This document shows, piece by piece, positions 1 through 10,921 of a stretch of DNA of 64,000 nucleotides. The DNA comes from an uncultured delta proteobacterium. Lineage in GTDB: Bacteria; Desulfobacterota; Binatia; Binatales; Binataceae. The first letter of the stretch is position 1, and each line of letters begins with the position of its first letter. Position numbers and translations under genes: made by a program. Where the stretch lies: assembly GCA_963848285.1 (NCBI GenBank), contig CAWKCZ010000002.1, positions 327,002 through 391,001 of the forward strand, in the 5' to 3' direction. The notes under the pieces were generated by a model, which was not told the DNA's origin, made no database searches, and saw only the letters and a list, made by a program, of their open reading frames with translations.

Positions 1-565
1 TCTCCGGGGTCGCCGAAGTTGCGCGGGAAACGGATCCGGCCTTGAAACCTCACCTCGTCCCCGAGCCGAACCCAGCGGGATGAAGGAGGGTCAGCCGAAT
101 GACGCCGTGCGCGCTTCGAGTAATTCCACTCTCCTCCGATGCACGATCGACGCTCACATACAGGCGCATCTTGTCGGGAAAGCGTTCGACCTCGCGCGTA
201 AGATGACCCTCGACAGTGAGCATGGCACCTTCCGGAAAGGCTCGGATGCTGCCCGCATCGATAGGGGGACTCATCAGGCGATGCACCGGTTCCGTCATCC
301 CACGCACGATGGTCGCGAGGGCGAAGGCCACGGCGAGTCCGGGCGCGCGAATAAGGAAAAGACCGAGCGCAACGGCGCTCAAACAGACAGCCAACTCAAA
401 GGGAACTACGAACCCGAAGTTCCCTAGCGCATCGCCCACAACGACTGCGATGGCGACCGCATAGATCGGCGGGCAACGCACGAACCATAGAGCCCGCGCG
501 CGCCGGATAATTTCATCGCGCTCTGGAACAACCAGGTTGGGAACCGAAGCGGAAAGCGCCGCCAT
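1..565 (-). CDS. comEC: ComEC/Rec2-family competence protein, N-terminal part (partial at window edge, frame change near 55)
   Basis: ORF 50..565 begins with hydrophobic helices (IYAVAIAVVVGDALGNFGFVVPFELAVCLSAVALGLFLI) followed by MLTVEGHLTREVERFPDKMRLYVSV. After the stop at ~50 the adjacent frame continues GDEVRFQGRIRFPRNFGDPGE, as in the ComEC N-terminal domain. Confidence 0.55.
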
Positions 566-650
566 CGCGGTCTAGCATCCTGTCTGTCAGATTCGAACTT
601 CATCGAATAGCGAAGTGCGCGACTTGATGACAGTCGGCCGTGACCCTCGG

Positions 651-1001
651 TCAGCGCTTTTCTTCCACCACGGCGCGGATCCGATCGATAATCACATCCC
701 AATGCGTCGAGATCTGGTCCAGGTAGCTCCGAATCTGCGCGAGTTGGGTGGTGCGAAGTTCCCAGACCCGTTCGCGCCCGTTGCGCGAATCGCGTGCCAG
801 GCCGGCCCCTTCCAGGACCCGCAAATGCTTGGTGACTGCCTGACGCGAGACCTTCGCACCGTATGCGAGGCTCACAATCGATTGCGGTCCCTCCTCGCAC
901 AACTTGGCGACGATGCGTAAGCGGGTCCGATCACCCAACGCCGCAAACAGCGGCGCGGCCGCAGTCAGGTTCGACCCGCATGGAGCATGCTTGCGTGTCA
1001 T
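651..1001 (-). CDS. ArsR/SmtB-family transcriptional regulator
   Basis: Last 116 codons of ORF 651..1286, from an internal Met. LFAALGDRTRLRIVAKLCEEGPQSIVSLAYGAKVSRQAVTKHLRVLEGAGL is a typical ArsR winged-helix HTH. Confidence 0.8.
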   Translation of the reverse strand: MTRKHAPCGSNLTAAAPLFAALGDRTRLRIVAKLCEEGPQSIVSLAYGAKVSRQAVTKHLRVLEGAGLARDSRNGRERVWELRTTQLAQIRSYLDQISTHWDVIIDRIRAVVEEKR

Positions 1002-1017
1002 ACCCGGGACCCTGCGC

Positions 1018-1513
1018 TCATGACCCGAGTGCAAGGATATTTTTCCACCAGCCGGACCTGCGCGGTCCAGCCTTCTTCGTTGCGCGCAAATGCCTCGGCG
1101 CGGCGCTTGATGTCGGAATTCCGTCGAAGCCGGATTCGTAATGGTCAGCAGCGTACCGTCTGCAACTTCCGCGATTTCGGAAACCACCAGCGTCGAGGGT
1201 TCTTTCGGATAGTCGATAGCGGAGTCGACCGCATAAGGATGCCATCGGAAGGAAAACAGCCGCATCGGCTCAATGCGATCCACCACCAGCTCGAAGGATT
1301 ATCCCGCATACGGCTCCTGGCTCTTCGCGACTTCGGGATCCGCAGTGGTTGGAACAATCCGTCCGAGCATCCTGGCGTCCGGGGCAAATGGGCCGTCAAA
1401 TTCCACCCGAACCAGCTGCCGAATTGCTTCGCGTCGCAGATTGCGCGCCAGACCCGCTCGCGAGGCGCACGCAATACGACTTTCTTCTCGATGCGATCGG
1501 TACCTGAAGACAT
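1018..1513 (-). CDS. SRPBCC/AHSA1-domain protein, split over about 4 frames
   Basis: MSSGTDRIEKKVVLRAPRERVWRAICDAKQFGSWFG lies in the frame of ORF 1145..1744. It continues as VRVEFDGPFAPDARMLGRIV (ORF 1299..1565), IEPMRLFSFRWHPYAVD..GTLLTIT (ORF 651..1286) and ESGFDGIP (ORF 1018..1245). ArsR + SRPBCC is a common gene pairing. Confidence 0.6.
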
Positions 1514-1586
1514 ACGCAACCTCTGGGTTGCATATAAAGTAGCGCTGCACCGGATCAACATGCAACCAATTAGTTGCGTATGATTC

Positions 1587-3794
1587 TTAGTGCGATGAAG
1601 GGTCGGGGTCGAATCCGTTCTTTTGTTGATCTGGAATTTCTGCTGGTTCCGCTGTCGGCGCCGTCGGCGATTCTTCGAGTGGCGCCACGGTTTCCTGCTC
1701 CGCATCGGCAATTTCTTCGCGATCGAGCAGCGCCGACATCTCATCGAGGTGCGCGCGGATTTTCATCGCCAGGTCGCGATTCATCCCTTTCACCTGCGCG
1801 ATGTCCTCGACCGTCGCGTCGCGGATGCGCCGCAGGCTGCCGAAATGGCGCAGCAGCGCGCGCCGCTTCACCGGACCGATACCCTCGATATCGTCGATGG
1901 CCGAGCGCAACCGCGCGCGCTTGCGCAATTCGCGGTTGTAGGTGATCGCGAAGCGATGCGCCTCGTCGCGGATGCGCACCAGCAGGAACAGCGCGGTGGA
2001 ATTTTTCGGCAGCACGATAGGGTCCTTGCGATTGGGCAGGAACACGCGCTCCTCGGATTTCACCACCGTCTCCTCGAGGCCATCGTTCAGGACGTGCTGC
2101 TTGGCGAGCGAGACCACATCGAGCTGGTCGAGCAGATTGAACTCGCTGCAGCACCTCGATCGCGACGTTGAGCTGACCCTTGCCGCCGTCGATGACCCAC
2201 AGGTCGGGAAATTCGTTTTCCGCAACCGCGCGCGTGAGGCGCCGCTTCAGCACCTCGTACATGCTCGCGAAATCGTCCTGGCCCTCGAAGCTGCGAATCC
2301 GGTAGCGCCGATAGAGGTCCTTGCGCGGCTCACCTTCATCGAAGGTGACCTGCGAGCCGACCACCATCGTGCCCTGCAGATTCGAAATGTCGTAGCACTC
2401 CATGCGCTTGGGCGTGTTCTTCAGATGCAGCTTGGTGCGAAGATCGTCGAGCATCTTCTCGCGCGTGACCTCGTTGTCGCGGCGCGAGGCGAAACTCTGA
2501 CGCGCATTCTCGATCGCCATTTCGAGCAGGCGCAGCTTGTCGCCGCGCTGCGGCACGAGGAACTCGACTTTCTTTTCGCGCTTCTCGGTGAGCAGCTCGG
2601 CGCGCACCTCGGCGTCCTCGAGCGCGACCGGCACGATGACCTCGTCGGGAATGTTGCGCGCGCCCGAGTAATACTGCGTGAGCAAATCGGCGAGCACGTC
2701 CTGGTCGGCGAATTCGAGGTCCTGGAAATCCCAGCTATGGGTGCTGGTCAGCTTGCCGCCGCGCACCATCAGCACGATCGCCTCGATGAATCCGCCCTCG
2801 CGATAGAGCCCGAAGACATCCTGATCGATTCCCCAATGATGCAGCACGGTCTGGCGCTCGACGGTCTTTTCGATCGCGCGAACGCGATCGCGCATGCGCG
2901 CCGCGTCTTCGAATTCGAGGCGGTCGGCATGCGCCTTCATCTGCTCGCGCATCTCGCGCAAGCAGCTCCAGGTTCTTGCCTTCGAGCAGCATCGTCGCAG
3001 CGTGCAGATGCTGCCCATACTCGTCGCGATCGACCGGCAGACAACACGGCCCGAGGCATCGCTTGATCTGATATTCGAGGCACGGGCGCGCGCGATTCTT
3101 GAATACCGCATCGGAACAGGTGCGGAGCGGGAAAACCTTGCGGATGACATCGATGGTTTCGCGCAGGCCATCCGCGGAGCCGAACGGACCGAAATATTTG
3201 CCGCCGTCCTTGATGATCTTGCGGGTCACCATGATGCGGGGCCACGCATGATTGGTGACCTTGGCGCTCAGGTAGGATTTGTCGTCTTTGAGGCGGATGT
3301 TGTAGCGCGGCTTGTACTGCTTGATGAGGTTGTTTTCGAGGATCAGCGCTTCTTTCTCACTGCGCGTCACCAGGGTGTCGAAGTCGCGCACCCGCCGCAT
3401 CAGGAAGCGCACCTGGAAGCGCTCGTCGCCGCCGTCGCGGAAATAGGCGCGCACGCGCGAGCGCAGCGACTTCGCCTTGCCCGACGTAGAGGACCTTGCC
3501 GCGCTTGTCCTTTAGAAGGTAGACGCCCGGCTCGGGCGGAATCGCATCGAGCTTGCGATCGATCTCGTCGGAGGAATCTCGGCTCCGGAGGTTTTTCGTC
3601 GGACCGCCGTGGCTCGCTCGGGATAACTCAACCAACGAGTCGAAGCGCGGACCCTCCGGAGTGGACGGGTCCGCCTCTGCCGAAATGGGCTCACGGCGCG
3701 GTCGGCTTTTCTCCTCCGCGATCAGAAAACCCTTGCCGGCGGCGCGGGTCATCATCTGCGCGCTGCGGCTGTTATTTGGCGTGAGCTTCGGCAT
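1587..3794 (-). CDS. uvrC: Excinuclease ABC subunit C, split over at least 4 frames; start uncertain
   Basis: GIY-YIG N-terminus PGVYLLKDKRGKVLYVG (ORF 3357..3794). LILENNLIKQYKPRYNIRLKDDKSYL and CLEYQIKRCLGPC (ORF 2735..3454). UVR and middle domain in ORF 1741..3171. C-terminal HhH segment IEGIGPVKRRALLRHFGSLRRIRDATVEDIAQVKGM (ORF 1587..2225). Confidence 0.9.
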
Positions 3795-3892
3795 TGGAGG
3801 GATTGATTATAGCATCCGATTCGAACCGTTACCCGCATCGCGCGATTCCTTGCTATTCAGAGGTTCAACTCGACCGATGAAGGAGACCTCCG

Positions 3893-4808
3893 ATGGGCAA
3901 GCTGGATGGAAAAGTTGCGGTTATAACCGGCGCTGCGAGCGGGATGGGACGCGCGACGGCGATCCGTTTTGCGCAGGAAGGCGCCGCAGTCGTCGTCGCG
4001 GACCTGAACTCGCAGGGCGGCGAAATGGTGGTATCGGAAATCGCCGCGGCGAAGGGACGCGCGGTTTTTCAGCGCACCGATGTGATCAGCGAGGACGACA
4101 TCAAGGCGCGTCATCAATCGCGCGGTGAAGGAATTCGGCCGCCTCGACATCACCTACAACAACGCCGGCGTCGGCGGCGCGACCGGAAGAATCGAGGACA
4201 TCAAATCCGAGGATTGGGACAAGACGTTCCACATCCTGACGCGCGCGGTGTTCCTCGGCATCAAGTATTCGGTCGCGCCGATGCGCAAGGCTGGCGGCGG
4301 CTCGATCATCTCGACCTCGTCGGTCGCGGGACTGCGCGGGGTCGCTGGATTGTGCGCCTACAGCGCGGCGAAAGCCGCGGTCATCAGCATCACCGAATCG
4401 GCGGCGATCGATCTCGGCCACGATCGCATCCGGGTCAACTGCATCTGCCCCGGCGGCATCGTGACGCCGCTGACGTATCGCGGGATGCCGGGCGGCGAGG
4501 AAGCCGCGGTGAAAGACATGGCGCGGATGCAGCCGATTCCGCGCGCGGGCAAGCCCGAGGATATCGCGGCGATGGCGTTGTTTCTCGCCAGCGACGACGC
4601 GGAATGGATTACCGGGACCGCGATGATCGTCGACGGCGGCATGGCGACCGGCAACTCGCGCATGAACCCAGTTCGGCAGCGGATTTTCCGGGCCGTCCTT
4701 CGAGCGCCGGCAACGCTAGCGAACGAAATACCATCGAGAGCCGGAGGACTCATGTCTTCCGGCTCTCGATTCTCACTAGTGCTGCATCTGCTTGATGTCG
4801 TCGAGTAG
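3893..4808 (+). CDS. Short-chain dehydrogenase/reductase (SDR), one frame change near 4100; true stop possibly earlier (~4717)
   Basis: KVAVITGAASGMGRATA is the TGxxxGxG motif (ORF 3893..4795). NNAG and STSSVAG...YSAAKAA (YxxxK) are in ORF 4125..4808. The last ~40 codons overlap convergent bcp and may be read-through. Confidence 0.8.
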
Positions 4809-5234
4809 TACCTTCTCGTGCCCCTGCGGATTCACCTTCTCATAGACCTTGCGCACGACGCCCTTGGGATCGATGACGAATGACGTACGGTCCCAGTATT
4901 TGTTGCCCTTGAACTCGCTCTGCCCCACCCCTGCGGCGCCTAGCAACTCGGCCTTCGGGTCCGCGAGCAGATCGATGGTGAAGCTGAACTTGTTGCAAAA
5001 GTTCTTATGCGAATCGACGTCATCCGCGCTCACGCCGAGCACCTTGATGCCGGCCGCATCGAAGTCCGATTTGGTCGCGGTGAACGACTTCCCCTGGATG
5101 GTGCATCCGGGCGTGTCGTCCTTGGGATAGACGTAGACCACCAGCCACTTGCCGGCGAAATCGCCGAGCTTCATTTCCTTGCCGTCCTGATTCTTCAGCG
5201 CAAAATTGGGAAAAGGTTTTCCTGTTTCCAGCAT
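4776..5234 (-). CDS. bcp: Peroxiredoxin, Bcp/PrxQ type
   Basis: Internal Met of ORF 4776..5342: MLETGKPFPNFALKNQDGKEMKLGDFAGKWLVVYVYPKDDTPGCTIQ, containing the PxxxTxxC peroxidatic-Cys motif. Confidence 0.85.
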   Translation of the reverse strand: MLETGKPFPNFALKNQDGKEMKLGDFAGKWLVVYVYPKDDTPGCTIQGKSFTATKSDFDAAGIKVLGVSADDVDSHKNFCNKFSFTIDLLADPKAELLGAAGVGQSEFKGNKYWDRTSFVIDPKGVVRKVYEKVNPQGHEKVLLDDIKQMQH

Positions 5235-5317
5235 CGACGCACCTGAGCCTTTCTCGCGAACGCGAGGTTGAATGTGAAAAGGAAGCGAGACTCGATAGTA
5301 CCCCAGTCGCGCAGCGC

Positions 5318-5461
5318 TCAGCCAGTGTGAGTCGAAATCCACCAGGTGTTGCCGAAGCTATCCTTCACGCCAAAAACGTCGCACACGAAGTCCGGCAGAT
5401 CGAGGTTCCCGTAGATGTAAGGTCGAACACTGCCTTTGCCATGACGAATGTGTTTGCTCAT
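5318..5461 (-). pseudogene. VOC-family remnant (N-terminal ~30 aa fused to C-terminal ~15 aa)
   Basis: MSKHIRHGKGSVRPYIYGNLDLPDFVCDVFG is joined directly to VKDSFGNTWWISTHTG. It has both ends of a VOC module but lacks the ~80-90 aa core. Confidence 0.55.
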
Positions 5462-5471
5462 ATGCCAATCC

Positions 5472-6846
5472 TCATTCGGCCGCTTCGAGGGGTTGCGTCG
5501 ACGCCACAACTTCCTCGACTTTCGCGGAAGTCGCGCGCGATGCGATCACGGTCGAGAGCATCACGATCACCGCGGCCAGCAAGTACGGCGCGCCCGGCAG
5601 ATGCCGGTCGCGATTCGGTCCGATGAAGCTGGCGAAAGTGGTCGTGAAAATGATCGGCCCGATCATGAACGCGATCCCACGGATGCTGCTCAGCGCGCCC
5701 TGCAACTGGCCCTGCTCGGTCTCTTTTACGCGGCGCGTCATCAGGCTCTGCATCGGAGGATTCGACAGGCCGCCCAATCCGCCGATCGGAATGCCGCTCC
5801 AGAACAGCAGGCCCGTCGGCGCGAGGCCATAAATGAAAAATCCCGCGACGTTGAACCACATCCCGCCGAGCATCACGCGCCGATCGCCGAACTTCGCGAC
5901 CAGCGGCTGCACCATGCCCGCGCCGACCAGCGCCGAGCATACGCCGACGGTGGCGATCGCGAGGCCGATCGTGCGCTCGTTCCAGCCGTAGCGATACATC
6001 GCGTACAGGACGAAGGTCGTCGGCAGCGCCTCATGCGCGATGCTGCTGAGAAAGTTCACCGTCGACAGCCCGAACAGCTCCGCATGCGAGCGCAGCAGCT
6101 TGATCGATCCCATCGGGTTGGCGCGCTGCCAACTGAACGCCTCGCGCCGATCGCGCGGCAGCGATTCCGGCAGCACGAACAGCCCGTACATCGCGTTGAG
6201 CAGGCTGAGTCCCGCGGCGACCCAGAACGGCAAGCGCGGATCGATGTTGCCGAGCACGCCGCCCATCGCGGGGCCGAGCACGAAGCCGAGTCCGAACGCC
6301 GCGCTGATCATGCCATAGCCGGCGGCGCGCTTCTCGGGCGGCGCGACATCGGCAATGTAGGCGCTCGCGGTCGAGAAGCTCGCCGCGGTGATGCCCGAAA
6401 TCACGCGGCCGACGAACAGCCACCAGACGGTCGGCGCCAGCGCCATCACGATGTAATCGCGCGCCGAGGCCGAAGTTGGACAGCAGGATGACCGGGCGGC
6501 GTCCGAAGCGATCGGAGAGCGCGCCCAGCACCGGCGAGAAACAGAACTGCATCGCCGCCCACACCGTCGCGAACAGGCCGACGTATTCGGCGGCGCGCGC
6601 GGTGTTGCCGTGCATGAAGTCCTCGACCAGCTTCGGCAGCACCGGCACGATCATGCCGAGCGCGAGCATATCGAGCACCACGGTGATGAAGATGAAGGCG
6701 AGCGCGGCGCGCCGCGGCTCCGCTGCGCAGTCGCCGTTCAGCTCATCGCTCTCATGCCGCACGCTACCTTCTTTCGCGTCTGACGCTTCGGTCGCGAGGC
6801 TCTTCTCTTCGTCGCGAGGTTCGACATGCTGCGCCGCTTCGTTCAT
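5472..6846 (-). CDS. MFS transporter, TetA/TCR-like efflux pump, one frame change near 6470
   Basis: N-terminus in ORF 6031..6846 carries MFS motif A (LGALSDRFGRRPVILLS). Twelve-TM-like remainder in ORF 5472..6449 (WWLFVGRVISGITAASFSTASAYIADV...). Confidence 0.8.
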
Positions 6847-7222
6847 CGCCGACGGCAGTGCGCCCGCCGAGCCGCTTCGGCGCCGACATCAGGTAGCCGT
6901 CCTTCAAAATCCCCGCGACCTCATCCCAATTGACTTTGTAGTCGAGGCGCACGCCGACCCATCCTTTGGGCCCCATGTAGGGCGGAATGAAAAAGCGCTT
7001 TCGCATCCGAGTTGACGAGAATCTCCTGCACCATCGGCGGCGCCTTCACCCATACCGCGACGTGCCCGCTGCCATGATGATTGTTGTCGGTCATCGCGAA
7101 CATGCTGCCGCCGGTGACGCGAAAGGTGCACTCGCCCCACGCCTCTTTTTCGAATGCCTCGGGCAGCGCGAGGCAGACCTCGCGCAGCCGCTTCAGCGCG
7201 GATTCGAATCGTCATACATTCG
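6764..7222 (-). CDS. MmcQ/YjbR-family protein, about 2 frame changes; ends approximate
   Basis: Reconstructed FESALKRLREVCLALPEAFEKEAWGECTFRVTGGSMFAMTDNNHHGSGHVAVWVKAPPMVQEILVNSDAK (ORF 6921..7103 plus upstream frame). Then RFFIPPYMGPKGWVGVRLDYKVNWDEVAGILKDGYLMSAPKRL (ORF 6764..7006). Confidence 0.6.
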
Positions 7223-7244
7223 TGGATGCGCCATCGAAATGTCC

Positions 7245-8292
7245 TCAGACTCGCTCGCCTTCGATGATACTCAGCCGCGCGGGCGTCGGAACAATCCTCG
7301 TAAGCTTGAACCCCGCGGCTGCGTAGAAGCGAGCGGAACTCCGCCTCGGAGCGCTGCCGGCCGCCGGTGCAGACCAGCATATTGACGTCGTTGGCCGCGG
7401 CGCCGCGCGCACTATCCGATTGATCGACGCGTGCGGGATAAACGCCCTCGGCAATGAGCAGTTTGCCGTGCGGCGGCATCGCGCGATGGATGCTGCGCAA
7501 AATCGCGGTCGCGCGTTCGTCGTTCCAGTCGTGGATGACGTGCTTGATGATGTAGGCGTCGGCGCCTGCCGGCACTTCCTTGAAAAAGTCCCCCGCGATC
7601 GCCTCGCAGCGCGACTGCAAGCCGGCCTCGGCGATTTTCGCGCGCGCCTTTTCTGCTGCATGCGGCAGGTCGAAAACGATTCCGTGCAGATGCGGATTGG
7701 CCTTCAGAATCCCGATCAGCAAAGAGCCGTTGCCGCCCCCGACATCGACGAGCTTACCGAAATGGCGAAAAATCATACGATGCGGCGATCGCGGCCGCGG
7801 TCATCGGCGCGAAGGTCGCCATCGCTTCGTCGAAGACTTCTCGCCTGCTCCGGATCATCGCCGCGATCGAACGCGAACGCGTCGGCATCGGGCGAATTGC
7901 GGCGAAACGCCGGCTCTCCGGTTTGCACGCAATACTCGAGTTCCTTCCACGAATCCTGGATCGCCGACGCCCGGCGAACAATTGCACCGAGGATCGCATC
8001 GAGCCGGGCACGCCGGTGCGCAGCAACTCGCCCATCGGCGTCAGCGCGAAGGTGCCGTTCTCGCGCTCCTCGAAAACGCCGACGCTCGCGAGCAGCCGCA
8101 TCACGCGATTGAGCGACGGCCATGGGTGCCGGTCGCTTCGCGAGGTCGTCGTAGCTGACGCGGGCCATCTTTCAGGCAGATCGGCGACGCCCAGCTTCGC
8201 GGCCAGCGCGAGCGCGCGCGAAAAATAGTGCCCGATCGCCGATTCGATAGAGCGCGAGCCCAGGCGGCTCGCCGATCGGTTGCGATATTTTG
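7245..8292 (-). CDS. Class I SAM-dependent O-methyltransferase (Methyltransf_2 / plant-type OMT family with N-terminal dimerisation domain), at least 3 frame changes
   Basis: LVDVGGGNGSL, AYIIKHVIHDWNDERA and GKLLIAEGV are in ORF 6904..7776. N-terminal wHTH part RVMRLLASVGVFEERENGTFALTPMGELL is in ORF 7754..8104. C-terminus AAGFKLTRIVPTPARLSIIEGERV is in ORF 7245..7661. Confidence 0.8.
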
Positions 8293-8700
8293 CGTTTCCA
8301 TAATGTCACTCACTTCGCGGCCTTGATAGGTCGCGATCCACCAGGTGTTGCCCGAAGTATCCTTCACGCCGCCGACGCGATCGCCCCAGGTCTCGTTCGA
8401 CCGGCTCGCGCACCGATGTGGCGCCGAGGCTCGAGCGCTTTCTTGTAGGTCGCATCGACATCGGGAACGTAAAGGTAGATCGCGGCGGCCATCGAGGAAT
8501 CGGTGAAGTAGCCGTTGCCGAGCAGCAGATGCGCGTCGCCGATTTTCGCCTCGGCGTGAAAGTTCCCGCGCCGTCGGGCGTCGGCGGATGCGTAACCTCG
8601 GCGCCGAAAGCGTTCTTGAGAAATCGAGCAGCTCGAGTTTCCCGAAGAGGTACGGCGTAATGGCGGTGAAGCCTTCCTGGATGTATTTTGTGTTGCTCAT
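8293..8700 (-). CDS. VOC-family protein, module A (frameshifted; 3' end uncertain)
   Basis: MSNTKYIQEGFTAITPYLFGKLELLDF and GDRVGGVKDTSGNTWWIATY (ORF 8101..8700). FLKNAFGAEVTHPPTPDGAGTF and LGATSVREPVERD (ORF 8306..8794). Confidence 0.65.
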
Positions 8701-8709
8701 CGGAGCTCC

Positions 8710-9190
8710 TCAGCTCGGGTTGACCATCGCCTTGAAACGTTTCTGCATTTCCTCGGGCGAAACCTCTTCGATCCGCATCGAAAGATCCCAGCAATGCCCC
8801 GACGGATCGCGCACCTGCGCGTTGCGGTCGCCATAGAACTGATCCTCGGGCTCGCGCAGCGAGGTCGCACCGGCCGCGAGCGCGCGCTTATACACCTCGT
8901 CGACATTTTCGACATAAAGATGGATCGAGACCGGCGAGCGCTTGCCGCCGAGCGATCTTGGGCGACACGAAACCCATTTCGGGAAATTCGTCGGCCAGCA
9001 TGATAGCTGCCGCCGTTGATTTTCAGTTCCGCGTGGCCGATGCGGCCGTCCGGGCTGTTTGAAGCGCATCGTTTCGGTCGCGCCGAAGACGTTTTTGTAG
9101 AAATCGATCATCTCGGCGGCGTTGCTGACGATCAGATACGGCGTCATCGCGGCACGCCCCGTCGGGAATGGGTTTGATTTTCGCTGGCAT
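8710..9190 (-). CDS. VOC-family protein, module B (frameshifted)
   Basis: ATG at 9190 is preceded by GGAGGA. AMTPYLIVSNAAEMIDFYKNVFGATETMRFKQP and VSIHLYVENVDEVYKRALAAGATSLREPEDQFYGDRNAQVRDPSGHCWDLS (ORF 8710..9402). Confidence 0.7.
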
Positions 9191-9211
9191 GATTTCCTCC
9201 TTGCGCTAGAT

Positions 9212-9632
9212 TTAGCTGCGCGAATGCGGCCGCGGCGCGTTTGCGAATTTCTTCGAGCGACAAATCTTCCTTGATGCGTCGCGATTTGCCAGATGTTGCC
9301 GAACGGATCTTTCACCGTGGCGCGCCGATCGCCATAGAACATGTCCGGCGGCTCCTCGATCGATCGTCGCGCCCGCTTCGAGCGCGCGCCGATACGCCGC
9401 ATCGGTGTCTTCGAGATAGAGATAGAGAAACGCTCGGCATCGCCTCGCGCACGCCGGCCTCGCTCACCATCACGATCGAATCGCCGATGCGAATTTCGGA
9501 TGGCCCATCGTCGCGATAAGTCGCCGGTCGCGCCGAAAGCATGCTTGAGAAACTCGACCAGCTTCGCGCATCGCTGACAAACAGTCGCGGCGTGATGCTA
9601 TGCCAGCCCTCGGGAACTGCTTTGACCGCCAT
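9212..9632 (-). CDS. VOC-family protein, module C (frameshifted; 3' end uncertain)
   Basis: MAVKAVPEGWHSITPRLFVSDA (ORF 9312..9632). C-terminus IEEPPDMFYGDRRATVKDPFGNIWQIATHQ (upstream part of ORF 8710..9402). Confidence 0.65.
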
Positions 9633-9647
9633 CGTCCTTCTCCATCG

Positions 9648-10100
9648 TCACTGCGACGCGCTTTTGAGCGGCGTCGCGATGTACCAGATGTGGCCGAACG
9701 GATCCTGCACCCCGCCGCATCGATCGCCCCACTCCTTGTCTGCCATCGGATCGACGACCTTCGATCCCGAATCGAGCGCGCGCTTGAACGCTGCGTCGGC
9801 GTCCGCGACGTAGATGTAGAGATGCAGCGGCGAGCCGCCGAAGTCGCGCGGCGTACCGGCGAATCCCTTCGCGCGATATTCCGCGGCATGCGGCGCGGTC
9901 GCGTCATCCAGCATCACGTGGGTCTCGCCGATCGCCATCTGGATGTGGCTCGGCTTGCCGTTCGGCTGCGTCACGCGATGCACCTCTCGTGCGCCGAAAA
10001 TCTTCTGGTACAACTCGAACGCCGCCTGCGGATCATCGTTGAACATGAACGGCATGATCGATCCGGGGCGCTGGCGAGGTTCGATCTCGCGCGGCGGCAT
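9648..10100 (-). CDS. VOC-family protein, module D (intact ORF; start may be Met at 10055)
   Basis: Uninterrupted 150-aa ORF: FMFNDDPQAAFELYQKIFGAREVHRV...HIQMAIGETHVML...LHLYIYVADADAAFKRALDSGSKVVDPMADKEWGDRCGGVQDPFGHIWYIATP. Confidence 0.85.
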   Translation of the reverse strand: MPPREIEPRQRPGSIMPFMFNDDPQAAFELYQKIFGAREVHRVTQPNGKPSHIQMAIGETHVMLDDATAPHAAEYRAKGFAGTPRDFGGSPLHLYIYVADADAAFKRALDSGSKVVDPMADKEWGDRCGGVQDPFGHIWYIATPLKSASQ

Positions 10101-10485
10101 CTTCGGCCGGAATCGTGAAATCGCGCAGATGCGTCGCGATGTACCATACGTTGCCGAACGGATCCTTCACGCCCGCATAGCGATCGCCATAGCCCGCGTC
10201 GACCGGCTCGTCGATGGAGATCGCGCCGGCCTCGAGCGCGCGCTGGTAGGTCGCATCGGTGTCGGGGACGTATGAGATGCAGCGCGGGCGGCATCGGCTG
10301 ATACGGCCCGTGCGCCTCGCCCATCGCGATGATCGAATCGCCGACGCGAATCTTCGCGTGATGGACACGCGCCTTCGGGGTCCTGATGGCGCTCAGACCT
10401 CCTCGGCGCCGAACGCGCGCTTGAGGAAATCGATCACCGGCGGCGCGCTCTTCGGATGCAGATACGGCGTGATGCTGTGCAGCTC
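10033..10485 (-). CDS. VOC-family module E (frameshifted); N-terminus in frame with the C-terminus of module F
   Basis: ELHSITPYLHPKSAPPVIDFLKRAFGAEEV (ORF 10393..10647). YVPDTDATYQRALEAGAISIDEPVDAGYGDRYAGVKDPFGNVWYIATH (ORF 10033..10368). Confidence 0.6.
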
Positions 10486-10921
10486 CTGCGGCGGCGGTTC
10501 CGCGTCCGCGCGATGGGTCGCGATGTACCAGTGATTGCCGAACGGGTCTTTCACGCTCGCCTCGCGATCGCCGTAGTCCTGGTCCGTCGGCTCATGAAGC
10601 GAGCGTCGCGCCCGCCTTGAGCGCGCGCGCGTAGGTCGCGTCGGCATCTTTCACGAACAGCCAAATCGCGGTCGGATTGGGCTGATACTTGTCGATCGCG
10701 TCGGCGACTTCGATCATCGAGTCTTCGATCTTCAGTTGCGCATGCGCGATTTCGTCGCCGCGCGGCACCCGGAAAATCTCCTCGGCGCCGAACGCATCGC
10801 GGAGGAACTCGATCAGCTTCGATGGCGCCGTTACCTGCAGATACGGCGTGATGCTGTGATAGCCCTCGGGCGCGCCCGCGGGCTCGGTCGCGAGGTTTCT
10901 TCGTGCGGGAGCGCTCTGCAT
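10486..10921 (-). CDS. VOC-family module F (one frame change)
   Basis: MQSAPARRNLATEPAGAPEGYHSITPYLQVTAPSKLIEFLRDAFGAEEIFRV...AHAQLKIEDSMIEV...WLFVKDADATYARALKAGA (ORF 10592..10921). HEPTDQDYGDREASVKDPFGNHWYIATH (ORF 10393..10647). Confidence 0.7.
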
